A DNA stretch of 64,000 nucleotides from Candidatus Multivorans sp. Lineage in GTDB: Bacteria; Acidobacteriota; Thermoanaerobaculia; Multivoradales; Multivoraceae. Under the pieces are notes generated by a model. The model ran no database searches. It was not told the origin of the DNA and was given only the letters and a program-made list of their open reading frames with translations. The position numbers and the translations under genes are program-made. Of this stretch, positions 8,809 through 18,016 are shown in pieces; the first letter of the stretch is position 1; each line of letters opens with the position of its first letter. The DNA is taken from the NCBI GenBank assembly GCA_965224025.1, contig OZ245033.1:4608001-4672000 (forward strand), given 5' to 3'.

Positions 8809-10428
8809 TCAGGCGGCTGTCGCCTCCTCAAGCACGATGAGCAGCTCCTGCGCTCGTGTGGAAGCGACGTACAGGTGACGATCGCTGCAAGACTGCGGAT
8901 TCCCGTCGACGTCGACCAGGATGACCACGTCCGACTCGAGTCCCTTGAAGGCGTGCAGGCTGGTGAACCGGACATCGGACGGACCCTGCGGCCGCGCCGT
9001 CAGGTTGAAATTGCCCAGGCGCCGCTGGCGCGCCAGATGGCTTCGGCTCGTCTTATGAGTAGACAGCACGGTGATTTGCTCCGTGCCGACTTTCTCCTCC
9101 GCCACCAGGCGATGGAGTTGCCTCCGCACCTGGCCGACCATCTCCTCGGGCGTGCGATAGCTGAGTGACGTGACGCGCTCGCCGTGGGGGGCGTCTGGAA
9201 AGACATCACAGCGAATGCCAATCACATCGGCAGCGTAGGAAGCGATGCGGCGGGTGTTCCGGCAGTTCCAGGTCAGGGGAAACGGAGGGGCCGGAAAGGT
9301 GTCCGGCGGCCCGCCGCCATAGATGTCCTGGTTCGGGTCGAAGAAGGCGAAGAGGATGCCGTCCCGTTCATCGCGGAGCGCTGCCTCGACCGCCAGCCAC
9401 CAGTGGGGCCGGAAGTCCTGGCCCTCGTCGACGATGATTGCGTCGTAGCGGTCGTCGGGACGCCGTTCCAGCGCCTCCAGCAGCAGTTCGGGCGCCGTGT
9501 CCTCCCAGAACTTCTGTTGCTTGCCAGCGGTCTTCGGCACGCCGAAGTCGAGCCCCGCCGCGACCGCCCGTTCCCGGCAGAATCCGTGAAAGCTCCTGGC
9601 CTCGAAGCTCGTCGCCCGGGACGACAGCCACTCCGCCAGCGCCTGGTTGAAGCAGAGCAGAAGCACTCGTTGACCCATGCGCGCAAGCCGAGCCGCCTTC
9701 AGTTCCGCCAGCACCGTTTTGCCGGTGCCGGCCGAGCCCTGGATCGCCGCCCGGCGCTGGTATTCGAGGAAGTCGAGCGTGCGGGTCTGCTCCTCGGTCA
9801 ACCGCTCGATCGCCTTGCGATTGCGGTCGACGCGAGCGGCCAAGTGAGCATGCAGGACGTACTCCGGCGGCTTCAGGGCCTCGACGAGCAGATCAACCTC
9901 GGTGCCAGACATCGGTTCTCGCCCGGTCATCAGGTACGACTCGAAGACGCGGCCGAGCGCACCGCCAAGGTCGTGCATGTCGTCGCTCCACAGGACGGTA
10001 TCGATCGGGAAGTCAGGCCCGAGCTCCCGCTGGCCGCGCACCACGTCGGGGAACGCCACCGCGGCGTGAACCATGGGCAGCCTGCGGCCACGGTACGAAA
10101 CCGAATCCCGCATCCACCGGCGCAACGCGTAGACGGTCTTGTTCGCCTGTTCGCCGGGATGCTTGAGCGGGTGCCGCTCACCGCTACGGTCGATGGAAGA
10201 CCACTCCTTTCCCCGACGCTCTATCCGCCCGCCCTTGACCTCGATGGCGAGCCCGCCGCGAGCCGGGTCGACGACAAGGAAGTCGACTTCGCGGTCAGAC
10301 GGCGGCTGCCTGATCCGCAGGCCGTGAATCACCGTCCAGTCGTCTGGCAAATCGCTCCTTGCCAACTCCAGGAAGCGACGTTCCGAAGCGGGCAGGTCGC
10401 CCGTCGTCCATTCGACGATGCGCGGCAT
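8809..10428 (-). CDS. NERD nuclease - SF1 (UvrD-like) helicase fusion
   Basis: NERD motif SE...REVDFLVV...IEVKGG; Walker A GSAGTGKT; VDEGQD; DPNQDIY; NCRN; FKGLESD; YVASTRA. ATG 10428 preferred over 10473. Confidence 0.88.
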   Translation of the reverse strand: MPRIVEWTTGDLPASERRFLELARSDLPDDWTVIHGLRIRQPPSDREVDFLVVDPARGGLAIEVKGGRIERRGKEWSSIDRSGERHPLKHPGEQANKTVYALRRWMRDSVSYRGRRLPMVHAAVAFPDVVRGQRELGPDFPIDTVLWSDDMHDLGGALGRVFESYLMTGREPMSGTEVDLLVEALKPPEYVLHAHLAARVDRNRKAIERLTEEQTRTLDFLEYQRRAAIQGSAGTGKTVLAELKAARLARMGQRVLLLCFNQALAEWLSSRATSFEARSFHGFCRERAVAAGLDFGVPKTAGKQQKFWEDTAPELLLEALERRPDDRYDAIIVDEGQDFRPHWWLAVEAALRDERDGILFAFFDPNQDIYGGGPPDTFPAPPFPLTWNCRNTRRIASYAADVIGIRCDVFPDAPHGERVTSLSYRTPEEMVGQVRRQLHRLVAEEKVGTEQITVLSTHKTSRSHLARQRRLGNFNLTARPQGPSDVRFTSLHAFKGLESDVVILVDVDGNPQSCSDRHLYVASTRAQELLIVLEEATAA

Positions 10429-10666
10429 GACGGGATCAGGCCAGAGCGCTCGTCGCTGAAGACGACGAGACATCGGCCGACCGGCGGAACGCCCGCATCG
10501 GCGGCAGGGGTTGCAAGGAGGGGCAGAAAACGAGGCGCCCCGACAAGACGACTTCGTTCATGGCAAGCGCGGGAGCATACATGAGCTGACCGGTGTGCCG
10601 GGTACACTCCGCCGAAATCACTGAACCCGATCGGCAGAGTCCGTCTCGAAGACGAGAGCGCCTCCT

Positions 10667-13288
10667 ATGACCAGGAACGCAGCACCAGCAACACCGGTAG
10701 CACCATCCAGGCCCCGCCGGCACGTTTACGACGCGGCCGAGATCGAGCCGAAGTGGCAGCAGATCTGGCGCGAGCACCAGGCCTTTCGCACCCCGGACGA
10801 CCCTGAGGTCCTGAAGAGCCGGCCCAAGTACTACGTCCTGGACATGTTCCCCTACCCCTCCGGGGCGGGCCTGCACATCGGTCACCCGGAGGGTTACACG
10901 GCGACTGACGTCGTGGCGCGCAAGCGGCGCATGGAGGGCTACAACGTCCTCCACCCGATGGGCTGGGACGCCTTCGGCCTGCCGGCCGAGCGCGCCGCGG
11001 TGCGCGAGAACCAGCACCCGCGACTCATCACGCAGCGGAACATCGCGAACTTCCGGCGTCAGATCGAACGCATCGGCTTCTCGTACGACTGGGAGCGCGA
11101 GGTCGATACGTCGTCCGCGGACTACTACCGCTGGACGCAGTGGATCTTCCTGGAACTCCACAAGCGCGGCCTGGCCTACCTGGAGGACGTGCCGGTCTGG
11201 TGGTGCCCGGCGCTGGGCACCGTCCTCGCCAACGAGGAGGTCAAGGACGGCGCCTACGTCGACACCGGAGATCCCGTCGAGCGGCGCACGATGCGCCAGT
11301 GGATGCTCCGGATCACCGCCTACGCCGAGCGTCTGCTCGAGGACCTCGATGGGGTCGACTGGCCCGAGTACGTCAAGGAGATGCAGCGCAACTGGATCGG
11401 CAAGTCGCACGGTGCCGAGATCCGCATGCCGATCGCCGGAAGCGACGACAGCTTCCCCGTGTTCACGACCCGGCCGGACACGCTGTTCGGCGCCACTTAC
11501 TGCGTGCTGGCGCCGGAGCACCCGCTCGTGAGCGAGATCACGACCCCGGACCGCCAGGCCGCGGTCGACGCCTACGTCACCGACGCGATCAACAAGAGCG
11601 AGCTGCAGCGCACCGACCTGGCGAAGAGCAAGACCGGCGTATTCACGGGCGGCTACGCGACGAATCCCGCCACCGGGGAGCCGATCCCGATCTGGGTCGC
11701 GGACTACGTCCTGATGAGCTACGGCTCGGGCGCGATCATGGGCGTCCCCGGCCAGGACCAGCGCGACTGGGAATTCGCGGTGGAGTACGACTTACCCGTC
11801 GTCCGCACCGTCGAGCCGCCGGACGGCTGGGAGGGCGACGCCTACCTCGAAGACGGTCCGGCCATCAACAGCGGCTTCCTCGACGGCCTCCTGGTCGAGG
11901 CTGCCAAGGAACGGATGATCGAGTGGCTGGTCGAGCAGGGGCACGGCAGCCGGCGCGTCGAGTACCGGCTGCGCGACTGGCTGTTCTCACGCCAGCGCTA
12001 CTGGGGCGAGCCGTTCCCGGTGCTCCACGTGCTTGGCGACGACGGCGAGCCCACCGGCGAGATCCTGCCGGTGCCGCGCGACGACCTGCCAGTCGAGCTC
12101 CCCGAGGTCGACGAGTTCAAGCCGACCGCCGACGGCCGGCCGCCGCTCGCCCGCGCCGGTGACGACTGGCTGCTCGTGACGCTGCCGGACGGCCGCAAGG
12201 CAAGGCGCGAGACGAACACGATGCCGCAGTGGGCCGGCTCCTGCTGGTACTTCCTGCGCTACATCGACCCGAAGAACACGGAGGCGCCCTGGTCACGCGA
12301 GCTGGAGCGCTACTGGATGCCGGTCGATCTCTACATCGGCGGCGTCGAGCACGCGGTCCTCCACCTGCTCTATGCCCGCTTCTGGCAGAAGGTGCTCTAC
12401 GACGCCGGCCTGGTCTCGACCTCCGAGCCGTTCGCGCGGCTGTTCAACCAGGGGATGATCCTGGCTTTCAGCTACCGCGACAAGGGTGGCAAGTACCACC
12501 ACCCCGACACGGTCGACTGGCGCGACGACAGGGTGTTCCTCGCCGGCACGAACGAACCGCTCGAAGCCCGGATCGAGAAGATGTCCAAGTCGAAGCTGAA
12601 CGTCGCCAATCCCGACGACGTGATCGAGCGCTGGGGCGCCGACACGCTGCGGCTGCATGAGCTGTTCATGGGCCCGCTCCACCAGCAGAAGCCCTGGCAG
12701 ACCAAGGACACCGACGGCGTTCACCGCTTCCTCCGGCGGACCTGGCGCCTGGTCGTCGACGAGCGAACCGGCGCCGTTGCGGACCGGGTTGGCGACGACG
12801 CGGCCGAAGCCCCATCCGAAGACACAGCGGAACTGAATCGCCTGCTCCACAAGACGATCCGCAAGGTCGGCGAGGACATCGACACCCTGGACATGAACAC
12901 AGCGATCTCCCAGATGATGATCTGGGTCAACGCGGCGACCGCCGCGGACCGCGTGCCACGCCGGGCGCTCAGCGCTTTTCTGCGCATCCTGTCGCCCTTT
13001 GCACCGCACCTCGCCGAAGAGTTGTGGTCCCGGCTGGGCGCCGAGGGACTGATCTGCCACCAGGACTGGCCGGCATTCGACCCGGCCCTGGTGGTCGACA
13101 AGACGATCAACGTCGTGGTCCAGGTCATGGGCAAGAAGCGGGACGTGCTCCAGGTCGTCGCCGATGCCGACAGAGCGACCCTGGAACGGCTCGCGCTCGC
13201 CTCGGAGAACGCCCGGCGTTTCATGGACGGCAAGGAGCCGCGCAAGGTGATCGTGGTGCCGGGCCGGCTGGTCAACATCGTCGTGTAG
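10667..13288 (+). CDS. leuS: Leucine--tRNA ligase
   Basis: DMFPYPSGAGLHIGH (HIGH), FTTRPDT editing domain, LRDWLFSRQRYWGEP, KMSKS. Confidence 0.98.
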   Translation: MTRNAAPATPVAPSRPRRHVYDAAEIEPKWQQIWREHQAFRTPDDPEVLKSRPKYYVLDMFPYPSGAGLHIGHPEGYTATDVVARKRRMEGYNVLHPMGWDAFGLPAERAAVRENQHPRLITQRNIANFRRQIERIGFSYDWEREVDTSSADYYRWTQWIFLELHKRGLAYLEDVPVWWCPALGTVLANEEVKDGAYVDTGDPVERRTMRQWMLRITAYAERLLEDLDGVDWPEYVKEMQRNWIGKSHGAEIRMPIAGSDDSFPVFTTRPDTLFGATYCVLAPEHPLVSEITTPDRQAAVDAYVTDAINKSELQRTDLAKSKTGVFTGGYATNPATGEPIPIWVADYVLMSYGSGAIMGVPGQDQRDWEFAVEYDLPVVRTVEPPDGWEGDAYLEDGPAINSGFLDGLLVEAAKERMIEWLVEQGHGSRRVEYRLRDWLFSRQRYWGEPFPVLHVLGDDGEPTGEILPVPRDDLPVELPEVDEFKPTADGRPPLARAGDDWLLVTLPDGRKARRETNTMPQWAGSCWYFLRYIDPKNTEAPWSRELERYWMPVDLYIGGVEHAVLHLLYARFWQKVLYDAGLVSTSEPFARLFNQGMILAFSYRDKGGKYHHPDTVDWRDDRVFLAGTNEPLEARIEKMSKSKLNVANPDDVIERWGADTLRLHELFMGPLHQQKPWQTKDTDGVHRFLRRTWRLVVDERTGAVADRVGDDAAEAPSEDTAELNRLLHKTIRKVGEDIDTLDMNTAISQMMIWVNAATAADRVPRRALSAFLRILSPFAPHLAEELWSRLGAEGLICHQDWPAFDPALVVDKTINVVVQVMGKKRDVLQVVADADRATLERLALASENARRFMDGKEPRKVIVVPGRLVNIVV

Positions 13289-13352
13289 AGCGACTACTCA
13301 CCGTTAGAGTCGGAGATGTCCGCACATCACTTCCTCGTTGGAGGGACGCGCC

Positions 13353-13910
13353 ATGGGATGGTTGACGGATCAGTTTGACGACAGGCGAAAGCCGCTGACG
13401 CCAGAACAAAAGAGGGCAGCAAAGCAAGAGCGGCGGGAGGCCAAGCAGCGAGAGAAGGCTGAGCGACAACGGCAACGAAGGGAAGCCGCTGGAGAAGCGG
13501 CTCGGGCGAAGAAGGAACGACAGCGCGCCACAATGTTCGCCCGAACACCGGCAGGCTTGGCACGCCAAGCCGCCGAGGCCGGTCAGATCGTGTTCCAGTA
13601 CATCGACACGCTCGCCGAGACCAAACCAAACGTCGTACCGATGGCAGGCGCGGAATCCGTTGAAGGGACCCAGGGATTGGCGGGCGACAAGCAAGCCCGC
13701 AACCGAGAGAAACTGCACCGCTTTGACCCACGTCACCCCATCGAACAAGTCGAGAGCGAGGGCTGGGAACTTCTCAACACCGGCCACACGTTTCAGCCCA
13801 CGATCACCGAGAGCCGCGACAAGTTCCTCGCTAGTGGCCAGCAGGAGGCCATAGGTGGTCGTGTGCTCGGGATCTACACATTCCGCCGCTCCAGCGCGCA
13901 ACCATCCTGA
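13353..13910 (+). CDS. Hypothetical protein with charged N-terminal helix and C-terminal GWEL...YTFRR domain
   Basis: ORF with GGAGGG RBS before ATG 13353. EGWELL...IYTFRR is reminiscent of DUF4177-type small domains (weak). Confidence 0.65.
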   Translation: MGWLTDQFDDRRKPLTPEQKRAAKQERREAKQREKAERQRQRREAAGEAARAKKERQRATMFARTPAGLARQAAEAGQIVFQYIDTLAETKPNVVPMAGAESVEGTQGLAGDKQARNREKLHRFDPRHPIEQVESEGWELLNTGHTFQPTITESRDKFLASGQQEAIGGRVLGIYTFRRSSAQPS

Positions 13911-14081
13911 GCGCGGGCCGGCGCCGGCTAAAGCAGCCTAGTCTCACGAACCACGCCTACCCAACGACCGCGCGCAGCGAATGCTACTCGGCTCGCGCAT
14001 TCCCTGCGATCGAGTATGATGACCGGCCCTCGGAGCCATCGTCGCGTAGGCCTTCCGAGCCCAACCCGTAGCGAGACCACC

Positions 14082-14324
14082 ATGAAGAGCGATATCCACC
14101 CGAAGCTCCACCCGGTCGTGTTCATCGACCCCTCGGCCAACGCCGAGTTCATCTCCCAGTCGACGATGACGAGCGACACGACGCGCGACATCGACGGCGT
14201 CGAGCATTACGAGATCCGCCTCGAGATCTCCTCAGCGTCCCACCCCTTCTACACGGGACGCCAGCACTTCGTAGACAGCGCCGGCCAGATCGAGAAGTTC
14301 CAGCGCAGGTACGGGCGCAAGTAA
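14082..14324 (+). CDS. rpmE2: 50S ribosomal protein L31 type B (zinc-independent)
   Basis: MKSDIHPK...VVFID...LEISSASHPFYTG...GQIEKFQRRYG; 80 aa with no CxxC. Confidence 0.93.
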   Translation: MKSDIHPKLHPVVFIDPSANAEFISQSTMTSDTTRDIDGVEHYEIRLEISSASHPFYTGRQHFVDSAGQIEKFQRRYGRK

Positions 14325-14370
14325 CTGACCGCGAAGCGGAGCCGGCCTGACGGCCGGCGCGTCTTCTCGG

Positions 14371-14411
14371 CCGCCTGCGGCGGCAGCCGGCGGGGACGCC
14401 GGCGCACCCAG
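14371..14411. repeat. REP-like double-hairpin repeat, copy 1
   Basis: ccgcctgcggcggcagccggcggggacgccggcgcacccag, 33/41 identical to 40181-40221. A related GCCGGC-N6-GCCGGCGC hairpin sits at 14341-14360. Lies between convergent rpmE2 and feoB. Confidence 0.65.
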
Positions 14412-14431
14412 TCCGCGACCAGTTCCATCTG

Positions 14432-16753
14432 CTAGCTCAACGCCCTCCAGACCTGGGCGACGGCGAAACACAGCACGAAGCCCAGGGCCACGGGCAGCAA
14501 GGCCGAGACCGCGGTCCAGCGGACGCTGCGGGTCTCCCTCCAGATCGTGTAGAGGGTGGTCGAGCACGGGTTGTGGACGAGGGAGAAGAGCATCAGGCAG
14601 ACGGCGGTCAGCAGGGTGAAGCCGCCGGCCTCGAGGACGCCGGCCGTGGCGGCCTCGGAGTCGAGCTCGAACATCACCCCGGCGCCTGCGCCAACTCCAG
14701 GAACGCCGGCAACCAGCACCGTCAGCATCAGGATGGTCGGGATCACGATCTCGTTCGCAGGGATCGCGATGATGTAGGCCACGAGGATGATCCCGGTCAG
14801 GCCGAGGGCAAAGCCGAAGGGGTCGAGGGCGCCGATCAGGCTCTCGGCCAGCGACGCGTCGCCGGTGCGGATGTTGCTGAGCAGCCAGATCACGGCACCG
14901 GCCGGCGCCGCGAACACGACCGCGCGCCAGAGCACGATCAGCGTCCGGTCGATGATCGAGGTGTAGATCGTCTGCAGCACCCGCGGCGGGCGGTACGGCG
15001 GCAGTTCGAGCGAGAACGCGGAGGCCTCGCCGCGCAGCACCGTCCGCGACAGGAACCACGACACGGCAAAGGTCAGCAGCACCCCGAGCACCGCGATCGC
15101 CACCACCGACAGCGCGGACACGGCGCCCGCGATGTGGGCCGGCACCAGGCCGCCGATGAAGATCGAAGCGACCAGGATCTGGGTCGGCCAGCGTCCGTTG
15201 CAGAGCGAGAAGTTGTTCGTGATGATCGCGATCAAGCGTTCGCGCGGACTGTCGATGATCCGCGTGGAGATGATCGCCGCCGCGTTGCAGCCCCAACCCA
15301 TCGCCATCGTCAGCGACTGCTTGCCGTGAGCGCCGACGCGGTGGAACATGCGGTCGAGGTTGAATGCGACGCGCGGCAGGTAGCCGAAGTCCTCGAGCAG
15401 CGTGAACAGCGGGAAGAAGATCGCCATCGGCGGCAGCATCACGGCGACCACCCAGGCCGTCGCGAGATACACGCCGTCGATCAGGAGCCCGTCGAGCCAC
15501 CAGACCAACCCGAAGGCGGAAGCCACCTGCTTGAGCAGCGGATGCACGGTGTCGATCAGAAGCGAGGCAAGCATCGACGACGGCACGTTGGCGCCCGCGA
15601 TCGTGAGCCAGAAGACGACCGTCAGCATGAGCAGCATCAGCGGGAAGCCGAACACCCGGCTGGTCACCAGGCGGTCGAGCCTGGCGTCGAAGTCGAAGCG
15701 GCGCCGTTCCCCGTCCCGGGAGACGGCGCGGTCGGCGATGCGGGCGGCCTCGGCGTAGACCGCCTCGGTCAACGCCTGGTGGAAGTTCCGGCCCACACCC
15801 CACCGCAGTTGCCCGGCCAGTTCAAGCACCGCCGCGCGGGCGGCCGGGTCGGCCGCAACCTGTGGCTCCGCCAACTCGGCGGCGGCCGCCCGGGTCGCCT
15901 CCGGTTCGGCAACCGGCGGCGCGCCCTCGCCGCCGGTTGACGGCGCCGCCGCGCCGCCATCCTCCCGCACTCCCAGATCCACCAGTTCGGCCAGGGAACC
16001 GCTCTCCACCGCGGCGGCAAGCGTGCGGTCGCCGTCGAGCAGCCGGAGAGCGACCCACTGCGGATTCGGCAGCATGGGGAACGCGTCCTGGATCGCCCCG
16101 GACAGACGCCGGGTCGCATCGCTCAGCACCGGGGATCGGCCGCCCACACGCCGCGGACGGCAACGATAGGAACCCGTCGCCACTTCCGCGACGACCCGGT
16201 TCAGTTCCTCGAGCCCCTCGCCCGAACGTGCCGCGGTCGCCACCACCGGCACGCCGAGGTCCCGCGCCAGACGGCGGGCATCGACGGTCAACCCCTTGCG
16301 CCGCGCTTCGTCCATCAGGTTGAGGCAGACGACGGCGCGGTCCGTGATCTCCAGGACCTGGAGCGCCAGGTTCAGGTTCCGCTCCAGGCGGGTCGCGTCG
16401 ACGACGATCACCGTGACGTCGGGGCGCCCGAAGAGGATGAAGTCGCGGGCGGTCTCCTCGTCGAGACTGGACGAAAGCAGAGAGTAGGTCCCCGGCAGGT
16501 CGACCAGCTTGTAGCGGTCGCCGCCGTACTTGAAACCGCCCTCGGCGCGGGTGACCGTCTTGCCGGGCCAGTTGCCGGTGTGCTGGCGCAGGCCGGTAAG
16601 CGCGTTGAACACCGTGCTCTTGCCGGTGTTCGGGTTGCCGGCCAGGGCGACGACGTAGTCCCAGTTGCTCATGTCGACGCCCAGTCGAACCAGGTTGCCC
16701 AGATGATGCGCCGGGCAGGTGGCGCAGTCGTGTGCGAGTGCCGGTTGGGTCAT
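14432..16753 (-). CDS. feoB: Ferrous iron transport protein B
   Basis: G1 [10 protein letters not shown]2 [10 protein letters not shown]3 DLPG, G4 NLMD; membrane motifs [23 protein letters not shown]. Confidence 0.95.
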   Translation of the reverse strand: MTQPALAHDCATCPAHHLGNLVRLGVDMSNWDYVVALAGNPNTGKSTVFNALTGLRQHTGNWPGKTVTRAEGGFKYGGDRYKLVDLPGTYSLLSSSLDEETARDFILFGRPDVTVIVVDATRLERNLNLALQVLEITDRAVVCLNLMDEARRKGLTVDARRLARDLGVPVVATAARSGEGLEELNRVVAEVATGSYRCRPRRVGGRSPVLSDATRRLSGAIQDAFPMLPNPQWVALRLLDGDRTLAAAVESGSLAELVDLGVREDGGAAAPSTGGEGAPPVAEPEATRAAAAELAEPQVAADPAARAAVLELAGQLRWGVGRNFHQALTEAVYAEAARIADRAVSRDGERRRFDFDARLDRLVTSRVFGFPLMLLMLTVVFWLTIAGANVPSSMLASLLIDTVHPLLKQVASAFGLVWWLDGLLIDGVYLATAWVVAVMLPPMAIFFPLFTLLEDFGYLPRVAFNLDRMFHRVGAHGKQSLTMAMGWGCNAAAIISTRIIDSPRERLIAIITNNFSLCNGRWPTQILVASIFIGGLVPAHIAGAVSALSVVAIAVLGVLLTFAVSWFLSRTVLRGEASAFSLELPPYRPPRVLQTIYTSIIDRTLIVLWRAVVFAAPAGAVIWLLSNIRTGDASLAESLIGALDPFGFALGLTGIILVAYIIAIPANEIVIPTILMLTVLVAGVPGVGAGAGVMFELDSEAATAGVLEAGGFTLLTAVCLMLFSLVHNPCSTTLYTIWRETRSVRWTAVSALLPVALGFVLCFAVAQVWRALS

Positions 16754-17799
16754 GCCGAGGCCGCCTGCCGGGGCAACTGTTGAACCTGGATCTGATCCGC
16801 CTGCGAGCGGCGCAGGGCGATCACCGCGCCGCGCACGCGGTAGGCCACCGGATCGCCCGACGGGCTGGCCATCTTCGCTTCCACCATGGTGCCCGGAAGC
16901 AGCCCCAGGTCGAGCAGCCTGCGACGCTCCATGCCGCAGCAGAAGCGCGAGAAGCCGACCACCAGCGCCTGCTCGCCGACGGCCACGCCGGACAGCGATC
17001 CGGTGGCGTCCGCGGATACCGGCCTGTGATCGGAAGCCTCCTCCGCTACGGGTATGGCGAAGATGTTGGCGGCGATGACCGGCGCCAGCACGACCTCGTC
17101 CAGGTCGGCTTCGAAGCGGATGCGCTCGGGCGCCACGGAAGAGATGCGCAACTTCATGCCGGGATGGACACCCTCGGCGACCAACTGTGCATAGACGGCG
17201 GCCGGCTCATCTTCGACGTGGACCACCTCGACCTCGTCGCCGGCCGCGAAGTCCGTCAACGCCCGGCCGGCGCGCGGCGGCAGGTCGCCTTCCTCTGTCG
17301 GGATCGGGTCGCCGTGCGGGTCGAACGGAGGATGACCCAGTCGCACCGACAGTTCCTCCGCCTGCTCGGGCGAAGTCAGGTGCTCCCGGCGCTCGGCCTC
17401 CGGGTGCCAGCGCTCCGGCTCCAGCCCCGTTTCGTCCGCCAGGTAGCGTTCCCACAGCCGGTGGATGCGGATCACGCGCAGCGCCTCGCTGCGTCCTTCG
17501 TCGGTCAGCCGGAAGCCTCCCTCCGCCGACACGATGAGCCCCACCCTCTCCATGCGGGCGAGGAGGTCGGTGCTCCGCCGGCCTCCGAGCCGCAGCACGC
17601 CGACCAGACTCTGGTGGGTCGCCTGGCGACCCTGGTACTCGCAGTCGAACAGGTGCTTGAGCGCGTCCTCGGTGCGCGTGCGGTACAGGGCGCGCCAGCC
17701 GGAGCGCCAGCGCCACAGCCAGCCGCGGTCCGGCCACGCCACCAAGGCGGCTAGGGCGATGACCGCGGCGAGAACGACGAGTGCGAGGAGAGGGTTCAT
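16750..17799 (-). CDS. DtxR/MntR-family metal-dependent regulator with N-terminal TM helix and two FeoA (SH3-like) domains
   Basis: Hydrophobic N-terminus; [47 protein letters not shown]; C-terminal [12 protein letters not shown]...[18 protein letters not shown] (FeoA). ATGA overlap with feoB. Confidence 0.9.
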   Translation of the reverse strand: MNPLLALVVLAAVIALAALVAWPDRGWLWRWRSGWRALYRTRTEDALKHLFDCEYQGRQATHQSLVGVLRLGGRRSTDLLARMERVGLIVSAEGGFRLTDEGRSEALRVIRIHRLWERYLADETGLEPERWHPEAERREHLTSPEQAEELSVRLGHPPFDPHGDPIPTEEGDLPPRAGRALTDFAAGDEVEVVHVEDEPAAVYAQLVAEGVHPGMKLRISSVAPERIRFEADLDEVVLAPVIAANIFAIPVAEEASDHRPVSADATGSLSGVAVGEQALVVGFSRFCCGMERRRLLDLGLLPGTMVEAKMASPSGDPVAYRVRGAVIALRRSQADQIQVQQLPRQAASA

Positions 17800-17851
17800 G
17801 TTGCGTCGGCGGGCGTCTCGGCGATCGTCGATTCGCTGGCGCGAATCAGAG

Positions 17852-17869
17852 TTTTAGTCTACACTAACT
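17852..17869. promoter_or_regulatory. Putative DtxR/MntR-family operator palindrome overlapping the -10 of the feo operon
   Basis: AT-rich TTAGT-CTAC-ACTAA inverted repeat (17854-17867), about 55 nt upstream of the regulator ATG. The minus strand reads TAGACT within it. Confidence 0.65.
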
Positions 17870-18016
17870 CTCGTCAACGCAAGTCAACGGCCCCCGGGCC
17901 GGACGACCGCCGTTGCACGCCGCGGCCCGAACCGGTCCCTTTCGCGGCGCTATGCTTGGAGGAGTTGGAATCGGCCCGAACGCTGAAGCGTTCTGCAACG
18001 ATAGAGTGGTTCTGCC

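Noticed and set aside
10430-10666. T-box or other leader upstream of leuS
   Set aside because: No T-box consensus (AAnnnGGGTGGnACC) or terminator/antiterminator pair was seen.
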